Below the pieces are notes generated by a model. It was not told the origin of the DNA and made no database searches. It saw nothing but the letters and a program-made list of their open reading frames with translations. A DNA stretch of 50,630 bases. Origin: Planctomycetota bacterium. GTDB taxonomy: Bacteria > Planctomycetota > SZUA-567 > H5-PLA8. Every line of letters starts with the position of its first letter. The first letter of the stretch is position 1. Below are positions 44,230 through 50,630 of the stretch, in pieces. The stretch is from NCBI GenBank assembly GCA_045863855.1, contig BTVV01000037.1:1-50630 (forward strand), written 5' to 3'. A program made the position numbers and the translations under genes.

Positions 44230-46917
44230 CTACTTCCCTTGCGCCGCCGCCGGCGCCGAAAGCTCAAGCGACTTCCCTTCCACGCGCATGACGAAGAGCG
44301 ACTTGTAGTCCGAGGGCGCCCAGAGCACGTTCCGCCGGGTATCCAATACGGGCGAAAACGTAATGCTGCCCACTTTATCGTTCGGCTTCGACGCTTCGAA
44401 GGTCCATTGTTGCTTGGCTTGATCCCAGACCGCTTTGGAGGAAGTCTTGGTGATGTTCGTCAAGACCCAGCGCTCCCCCGCCGGATCGTAGGCAATCTGC
44501 CGGCCCTCTAAAAAGCCCATGCCGAAGAGCACCAGATCCTGCTCCGGGAGATAAACGGTCTCGCGGTAGGTGTAGAAACGATCCCCGATCACGTCCCGAT
44601 GCTTGGGCTCGACCACGCGCAGTTCCTGCGTCGCCGGATCGTAGCGGTAGATTTTCCCGTTGGGCTTCTGGTAGCTGCTCGCGGCGTGAAGGTACAGAAC
44701 CTTGCGCTTGCTGTCCCAAGTCATCCCGCCTTCGTCGCCGTGCACGTTGGCGGGAAGGGCCGCGCCTTTGACCGGCAGATCGGTCCACTTGAGCGCCTTG
44801 GCGTCGAAGAGGCCCAAGTACATCTTCTGAGCGGGCGCTTCCGTGCAGCCTCCCACCCAGGCCATCACCCCCAGTGGCGTCGATACGCATTTCGTACTGT
44901 ACAGGTTGTAGACGAACGGCTGATGGGGCGTATAGCCCGTCCAGTCCCGGCGGTCGGGATCGTACACATGCGTGCCGGCGCGGTGCAGGGCCACCATCTT
45001 CCCGCTCACCGCATCCCAGGCGTAATTCTTGTACGTATGATTCTGGCAATCGGGGCGTCCGGTGAACTGGTTGCCCAGCACGATGCCGCCCGCCACGTAG
45101 GGAATGCTCCAGCGGTTAATGCCCGGATGGTAGTGGTGCACGATGTCCGCGGGATCGGCGCAGTGCCCGCCCGTCCAGAAGTACATCTGATCGCGCAGCG
45201 GATCGTACAACGCCGTGCCCCACGAACGCTCCGGGCACGGCCGCGGCGCTTGCGGGACCTCCACCCACCGGTTGGCCGGAAGCGCCGCCAGGAACGCATC
45301 CACCGGCGCGGGCTCTCCGCGCGGCGCGCCGTCGTACCACCCCGGATCGTACGCCTCGACGCTTTGCGACCGGTAGTGCCGGACGCCGCCCGCCACGCCA
45401 TGCCGGGCGGTCAACTCCGGCGCCGCGGCGGACGCATCGAGCTTCAGCATCCACGTGCTGCTCGTCATGTAATCCTGGTACGTGTTGCCTCCCACCGCGG
45501 GACAAATCAGCACGCCGTGCGAAGTCAGGACCATGGCATTGTTCACCACGAACCAAGGCGTCTGATCCGGCGACTTCTCCAGCACCTCCGGGCCGGGTTT
45601 AACGAGCATCGTCCAGGCCACCGCGGCGGGATCGAACTGCCACACTTCCGCATCCAGCTTTCGGGAGAAGGATTGGTATTTCATCCGGTCCAGGTAGGCA
45701 TTGCCCGAAAGCAGCAGGATCGTCTTGGCGCCGGGATGCCAGAACATCTGCCCGCCGAAGCGGGCCGACGGCGATTGGGCCGGGTGCAGCCGCTTCCAGC
45801 TGCGTGCGCCGCATTCGTACAGCCAAGTATCGCCGAGCAGGTAATCCCCGTGGTCGCCGCCAAAGACCACGAAGGCCTTGCGTTCGGGATCGTACTGCCC
45901 CATCGCGCCGGTCCGCGGCGTGGGCTCGCTCGCCAGCCAGTCCAGCGCCTCGTCGCAGCGCCACTGCGCCGCCTCCGCATCGGCGATGCCGGCCGCTTCG
46001 ACCTTCCCCGACTCGAATGCCCGTGCGGCCGAGCCGGCTTTTTCAGCCGCCGTCCGCAGCGATCGAACGGCCGCCGCCAGGCTTTGCGCATCCACTCCCG
46101 CGGCAGGGCCTTCCTTTTCCAACTGCGCGGCCAACTGCGTGCAGGTCTGCGCGCACTTCGCTTGCGGCGCCGCAAGCCGAGCCTGGCTTTCCTTAAGGAG
46201 GTCGGCTTCGCTTCGGCCCGAGTAATACAGATTGCGCGCCTGCGCGACGGCTTCCTGCTGCGCGGCGCGAGCCTGATCCACGCTCGCGCGCAAAGCCTGG
46301 AGCGCCGGCTTATCGGTGGAACCCTTGCGCCAGACATTCTGATCCAGCGCGTAGACCCAGTTCCCCAAGCTCCCGGAGGGTGCGCCGCCCGATGCCCCGC
46401 CGATGAGATGGAGCTCTTTGTTTACGGGATCGAAGAGCGTCAACGCGCCGGACAGGACCGGCAACTGGGCGATGGCCGAAAGGCCGTCCAGAGGCGTGTT
46501 GGAGGCCACGCGCTCGCCCGCGAGACTCTCGGAACCTTCCGGCAGCGTGACCGTGAACGAAAGCCGCTTGGTCGAATCGTGAACCTTGAGCTGGGCCTTG
46601 ACCGGCAAGGCCGGTTCGTCTTTGTACTCGCTCCACACCGCGGTGGGCGCGTCGTAAATCATTTTGCCCGGCTTGGGACTCTCGCGGCGCGAATCGCGGT
46701 GCATCCCGCCGATGAGCACCAGCTTCTGTTCGCGGGCCAGCCAATGCACGCCGGCCCCCACCCGGTTCCCCGATTGGCCTTGATCCAGTTTCGTCCAAGT
46801 ATTAGCGGGGAGCTTTCTGACCCACTCCGGCGCGTCCGTCTCCGCCGCTCGGGCCGAACCGGCCGCGCTCAACAGGCCCCCCAGCAACGCGACGGCAACG
46901 GGATTGAACTTACGCAT
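44230..46917 (-). CDS. Exported Kelch-like beta-propeller protein
   Basis: Signal peptide (ARA-AET); repeated YDP....VFGG....DTW.Y....W units; WTGGH and HTY motifs; RBS GGAGG. Confidence 0.82.
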   Translation of the reverse strand: MRKFNPVAVALLGGLLSAAGSARAAETDAPEWVRKLPANTWTKLDQGQSGNRVGAGVHWLAREQKLVLIGGMHRDSRRESPKPGKMIYDAPTAVWSEYKDEPALPVKAQLKVHDSTKRLSFTVTLPEGSESLAGERVASNTPLDGLSAIAQLPVLSGALTLFDPVNKELHLIGGASGGAPSGSLGNWVYALDQNVWRKGSTDKPALQALRASVDQARAAQQEAVAQARNLYYSGRSEADLLKESQARLAAPQAKCAQTCTQLAAQLEKEGPAAGVDAQSLAAAVRSLRTAAEKAGSAARAFESGKVEAAGIADAEAAQWRCDEALDWLASEPTPRTGAMGQYDPERKAFVVFGGDHGDYLLGDTWLYECGARSWKRLHPAQSPSARFGGQMFWHPGAKTILLLSGNAYLDRMKYQSFSRKLDAEVWQFDPAAVAWTMLVKPGPEVLEKSPDQTPWFVVNNAMVLTSHGVLICPAVGGNTYQDYMTSSTWMLKLDASAAAPELTARHGVAGGVRHYRSQSVEAYDPGWYDGAPRGEPAPVDAFLAALPANRWVEVPQAPRPCPERSWGTALYDPLRDQMYFWTGGHCADPADIVHHYHPGINRWSIPYVAGGIVLGNQFTGRPDCQNHTYKNYAWDAVSGKMVALHRAGTHVYDPDRRDWTGYTPHQPFVYNLYSTKCVSTPLGVMAWVGGCTEAPAQKMYLGLFDAKALKWTDLPVKGAALPANVHGDEGGMTWDSKRKVLYLHAASSYQKPNGKIYRYDPATQELRVVEPKHRDVIGDRFYTYRETVYLPEQDLVLFGMGFLEGRQIAYDPAGERWVLTNITKTSSKAVWDQAKQQWTFEASKPNDKVGSITFSPVLDTRRNVLWAPSDYKSLFVMRVEGKSLELSAPAAAQGK

Positions 46918-46949
46918 GAATCCACCCTCCCCGGCCCCAAGCTAGGCTG

Positions 46950-47005
46950 TGCATATTATAAATACACCAATATAATAATATTTGTAGTAAAACTATTAAC
47001 TATCC
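46950..47005. promoter_or_regulatory. AT-rich divergent promoter/operator patch
   Basis: TATAAT on both strands (46955-46960 minus, 46971-46976 plus), between divergent genes in an otherwise GC-rich sequence. Confidence 0.55.
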
Positions 47006-47238
47006 AGACTGCTTGCGGAGTGGTTCCTACTATCGGCTGTGAGGCCCCGCCGTCCCATTTCAAGGCAGATCGGGTGACGGCACGGGAGGTGCTTATTCAT
47101 AGGTTTGGTGGGTTTCTGGTGTTCCCCGGTGCAGGAAACTCCACCAAACTCACGTCGAACGAATAGGATTCGCCTGCGCGCTGTAGGGAAATCCGATTCG
47201 CTTCACAACCGCTTGGCGCATCTAGCTTTAAGGAAGAG

Positions 47239-49278
47239 GTGGGTATGCCGCCCAAACGCACGACGAAGCCCCGAAGTACGGGCGCCGGCCGAATTTGGGC
47301 GCCGCTGCTGGGGCTAGGCCTCTTGGCGGCCGGCTTAATCGGGTCGACGTCCGATTTGGACTACGGCTCCGGAGTTGTGCGGGCCGACGGCGAGGAATCG
47401 CCCAAGGTGGCGATCCCCAACCCCGCGGCGGTGCCGGGCTTCCCGGTCAAGAACGCGGTCGACCGCTTTATCCTCCAGCGCCTTCAGGACGAGAAGCTCG
47501 AACCGTCCGGAGCGTGCAGCGACGACGAATTCATCCGCCGCGTCTACCTCGATCTGGTGGGGGTAATCCCCAGCCGCGTGGCCGTCCGCGCGTTTCTGAA
47601 AGACCCGGCCCCGGCCAAGCGCGAGCGGCTGGTGGCCGAACTGCTCAAGGACGAACGCTACGGCGACCATTGGGCGATCATGTGGGGCGATCTGCTGCGC
47701 GAGCACAGCCGCCCGGACAACAACGAAGGCATCCTGCCCGGCGACCTGCGCGACTGGATCCGCACTTCGCTGAAAGAGAACTGGCCCTACGACAAATTCG
47801 TCACCGAACTCCTGACCGCCGAGGGCCGCCCCGACCAGAACGGCGCCGTCAGCTTCTTCCTGCGCGACAACAACGACCGCGTCGAGACGGTGAACATGGT
47901 CTCCATCGCCTTTATGGGCACGCGCATGCAGTGCGCGCAGTGCCACGACCATCCCTTCGACCGCTGGACGCAGGAAGATTTCCACGGAATGATGGCCTTC
48001 ATGGCTCCGCGCACGGTCACCTTCGTCGACGAGAACGCGACGCTGACGCGGATGAAAAACGAAGACAAGCGCATCCCGGCCGAGATCAAGGCCAAGATCG
48101 ACCCGTTCCTGGCGCAGGCCGAGGCGGCGCTGAAGGCCAGCGACGCCGCGACCGAGGGCGAAGCCGGCGGCGACATGATGATGATGGGCGGCGCGCCGAA
48201 GAAGGCCGAAGCGCCCAAGCGCGGTCGCGCCGTGCCGCTGATGCGCCAGATGGAAAAGGCCGTCGAGGAGGCGTTGGGCAAGGAGCAAGCCGAGCGGCTC
48301 CGCCAGATCGTGCGCCGGCACACCATCAAGCGCGTCGTCGAACGCCCCACCGGCGAGTACCACATGCCCAACGAGGGCGACGGGCAGGATAAGCGCAAAG
48401 CCGGCGGCGAACTCGTCAAGCCCGCCTTCCCGTGGGAACCCGACAGCGCCGTCCCCTCGAGCCTCTCGCGCCGCGCCGCGCTGGCCAAGTTCGTCACTTC
48501 GAACCGCCAGTTCGCGCAGGTCCAGGTCAACCGGCTCTGGGCGCAGCTCATGGGCCGCGGGCTCGTCCATCCCGTCGACGATTTCCGGCAGAAGAACCCG
48601 CCCACCCACCCCGAACTGCTGGAGTGGCTGGCCGACGAATTCATCCGCAGCCGCTTCGACAACCAGCACATCATCAAGCTGATCGTCAACAGTTCCACCT
48701 ACCAGCGTTCCACCCGGCCGACCGAAAAGAACAAGGAAGACAAGGAGCTCTTCAGCCACTTCGAACTGCGCCGCATGACGGCCGAACAGATCCACGATTC
48801 GCTCCTCGTCGCCACGGGCCAGCGCGAACCCCTGCAGCGCGTGGGCAAACCGCGCTCGACGGCGGGGAACGACAGCGGCCGCAAGAACAACGAACCCGTC
48901 TGGGCCGTGGAGGTCCAGACTCCGGCGCGTGGCGGTTCGTTCCTGGAGATCTTCGGGCAGCCCGACCGCGAGCAGGTCACGGTGGAGCGCGAGAACGACG
49001 GCTCCATCACGCAGGCCCTGGAGATGCTCAACGGAGGCGCGATCAACCAGAAAGTCGCCGCGACCGGCAATCACATGACCAAGCAGCTCATCGACCTGAA
49101 GCTCCCGTCCGACAAGCTCATCGAAGAACTGTTTTTAGCGGCGCTCTCGCGCCTGCCGACGCCCGATGAAGCCAAGGGTCTGAGCAAGATCGTGCGCGGC
49201 AATCCGCCGCCCGCGGAGCTCGTCGAGGATCTGTACTGGGCGCTGCTGAACTCGCGCGAGTTTGTCTTCGTGAAATAA
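47239..49278 (+). CDS. DUF1549/DUF1553 (PSD1-type) planctomycete protein
   Basis: N.VDRFI, D.EFIRRVYLDL.G, CAQCHDHPFDRWTQEDF, VNRLW..LMGRGLV.PVDD, P.HPELL.WLA, QAL.MLNG, DLYWALLNS.EF. Confidence 0.95.
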   Translation: MGMPPKRTTKPRSTGAGRIWAPLLGLGLLAAGLIGSTSDLDYGSGVVRADGEESPKVAIPNPAAVPGFPVKNAVDRFILQRLQDEKLEPSGACSDDEFIRRVYLDLVGVIPSRVAVRAFLKDPAPAKRERLVAELLKDERYGDHWAIMWGDLLREHSRPDNNEGILPGDLRDWIRTSLKENWPYDKFVTELLTAEGRPDQNGAVSFFLRDNNDRVETVNMVSIAFMGTRMQCAQCHDHPFDRWTQEDFHGMMAFMAPRTVTFVDENATLTRMKNEDKRIPAEIKAKIDPFLAQAEAALKASDAATEGEAGGDMMMMGGAPKKAEAPKRGRAVPLMRQMEKAVEEALGKEQAERLRQIVRRHTIKRVVERPTGEYHMPNEGDGQDKRKAGGELVKPAFPWEPDSAVPSSLSRRAALAKFVTSNRQFAQVQVNRLWAQLMGRGLVHPVDDFRQKNPPTHPELLEWLADEFIRSRFDNQHIIKLIVNSSTYQRSTRPTEKNKEDKELFSHFELRRMTAEQIHDSLLVATGQREPLQRVGKPRSTAGNDSGRKNNEPVWAVEVQTPARGGSFLEIFGQPDREQVTVERENDGSITQALEMLNGGAINQKVAATGNHMTKQLIDLKLPSDKLIEELFLAALSRLPTPDEAKGLSKIVRGNPPPAELVEDLYWALLNSREFVFVK

Positions 49279-49314
49279 GCCGGTGCGCGCACCACGCGCC
49301 TGGCCAGAAGCATG

Positions 49315-49360
49315 CCGTCTGAGGTTTGGAGTTTGACGTTCGTTCGTTTCTTGCCGTTTG
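49315..49360 (-). repeat. Heptamer repeats CAAAC(GG/TC/CT) on the minus strand
   Basis: Reverse complement reads caaacgg...caaactc-caaacct-cagacgg; shares CTCAAACGGCAA with the 36400 locus. Confidence 0.55.
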
Positions 49361-49384
49361 AGCCCTGGCTCCCGGAGACCTTCC

Positions 49385-50630
49385 ATGTCCAAGCAAGCAC
49401 CCACTGGACGCGAACGCGGCTGTATCGACTGCGACGGCGTTTCGGGCTTCAATCGCCGCAACTTTCTTAAGGCCGGCGCCTTCGGCTTCATGGGCCTGGG
49501 GCTGCTGGACCTGATGCGCGTCTCGGCGCTGGCCGACGAAGCCGATAACGCCAAGTGCGACGCGGTGATCCTGGTCTGGCTCGCCGGCGGACCCAGCCAC
49601 ATCGATACCTTCGATCCCAAACCCGGCCAGACCACCGGCGGCCCGTACAAGCCGCTGGACACCAGCGCCGACGGAATTCAGATCAGCGAACATCTCCCCA
49701 CCATCGCGCGGAACATGAAGCACGCCGCGCTGATCCGATCGCTTTCCAGCAAGGAAGGCAGCCACGAACGCGCCACCTACGAGATGCACACCGGCTACAA
49801 GCCGCTGGGCAGCATCAAACATCCCAGCGTCGGCTCGATGGTGGTGCAGCAGAAGTCGCGGCGCAACGAGGAGATTCCCAGCTTCATCTCGATCGGGAAC
49901 CGCGCCTTCGGCGCCGGCTTCCTGGGTTCCCAGTTCGCGCCCTTCTACATCGGCGATCCGAACAACCCGCTGCGCAACATCGCGCTCAGCCAAGGCGTCG
50001 ACGAGTCGCGCTTCCTGCGCCGCGTGAACCTGCTCGAGTACGTGGACAGCAACTTCGCCGGACAGAAGCGCGCCGAAGCCGTCGCCGAATACGGGAGCTA
50101 CTACAGCGACGCGGTGCGCATGATGGCCAGCAAATCCCGCGAAGCCTTCGATACGTCGCGGGAAAAAGAGATCTACCAGGTCGGTTACGGGAAGAACAAC
50201 TTCGGCCGCTCGCTGCTCATGGCCCGCCGCCTCGTCGAGGTCGGCGTCCGCTTCGTCGAAGTCACCTTGGGCGGCTGGGACAACCACAACGAGGCCTTCG
50301 AAGCGATTCAGCGCAACAGCGCGACGCTCGATCCGGCCCTCGGCACGCTCATCGAGGACCTCCAGGCGCGCGGGCTGCTCAAGCGCACCATGGTCATCTG
50401 TACCGGCGAGTTCGGCCGCACGCCGAAGATCAACGCCCAGAACGGGCGCGACCACTATCCGCGCGTCTGGTCGGCGCTCATCGCGGGCGGAGGCCTCAAG
50501 ACCGGCTACGTCCACGGCAGTTCCGACGCGACCGGATCGGCTGTGAAGGACGACCCCGTCCGCCCCGGCGACATCCACGCGACCATGATGGAACAGTTGG
50601 GGATCAACTACACGCACGAGACCTTCACGC
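49385..50630 (+). CDS. DUF1501 domain protein with Tat signal (runs off the window edge)
   Basis: Manual translation: MSKQ..CDGVSGFNRRNFLKAG, ILVWLAGGPSHIDTFDPKP, ARRLVEVGVRFVEV..GGWDNH, GEFGRTPKIN...GRDHYP. Canonical partner of DUF1553. Confidence 0.95.
   Translation, partial: MSKQAPTGRERGCIDCDGVSGFNRRNFLKAGAFGFMGLGLLDLMRVSALADEADNAKCDAVILVWLAGGPSHIDTFDPKPGQTTGGPYKPLDTSADGIQISEHLPTIARNMKHAALIRSLSSKEGSHERATYEMHTGYKPLGSIKHPSVGSMVVQQKSRRNEEIPSFISIGNRAFGAGFLGSQFAPFYIGDPNNPLRNIALSQGVDESRFLRRVNLLEYVDSNFAGQKRAEAVAEYGSYYSDAVRMMASKSREAFDTSREKEIYQVGYGKNNFGRSLLMARRLVEVGVRFVEVTLGGWDNHNEAFEAIQRNSATLDPALGTLIEDLQARGLLKRTMVICTGEFGRTPKINAQNGRDHYPRVWSALIAGGGLKTGYVHGSSDATGSAVKDDPVRPGDIHATMMEQLGINYTHETFT

Noticed and set aside
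44157..44291. Small + strand ORF after a GAGGAGG sequence
   Set aside because: The SD-ATG spacing is only about 3 nt, the ORF overlaps the Kelch gene end in antisense, and the product has no recognisable features.
47239..50630. DUF1553-DUF1501 pair as a novel system
   Set aside because: Function is unknown, but this is a very common, already catalogued planctomycete gene pair.

Overview
This is a GC-rich bacterial chromosomal segment, most likely Planctomycetota, judged from the DUF1549/DUF1553 plus DUF1501 pair, a prepilin-type pseudopilin and a methyltransferase-like/PQQ-propeller fusion. From left to right it contains: (1) the 5' part of an F-type ATP synthase operon (atpZ/I-like, atpI, atpB, atpE, atpF; minus strand); (2) an AT-rich islet of small orphan ORFs, two of them preceded by a shared ~60-bp repeat, followed by a tandem REP-like cluster; (3) a GntR/sugar-binding-domain regulator, a PQQ-propeller protein and a TonB-dependent receptor; (4) a housekeeping run uppS-cdsA-phoH-7TM/HD-ybeY-GT2-methyltransferase-recO, with recO bracketed by two related miniature inverted-repeat elements; (5) an orphan membrane histidine kinase with a Cys/His-rich insert; (6) a three-gene cassette of a giant exported C25 (gingipain-family) protease, a PqqD/RRE protein and an HprK-like P-loop kinase; (7) a pseudopilin, a 2-hydroxyacid dehydrogenase, TPR, DHH, sugar isomerase, a stand-alone lipoyl protein, acpS-panE-Ser/Thr kinase, an SDR plus alkyl-DHAP-synthase-like pair, a Kelch-like protein and DUF1553-DUF1501. 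The best candidate for an undescribed system is the cassette in (6): the protease has duplicated N-terminal modules, the RRE carries its own YxxP leader-like tail, and no lasso cyclase or radical SAM gene is present in the window. I found no rRNA, tRNA or CRISPR array. All product calls come from motif recognition by eye; no database searches were run.
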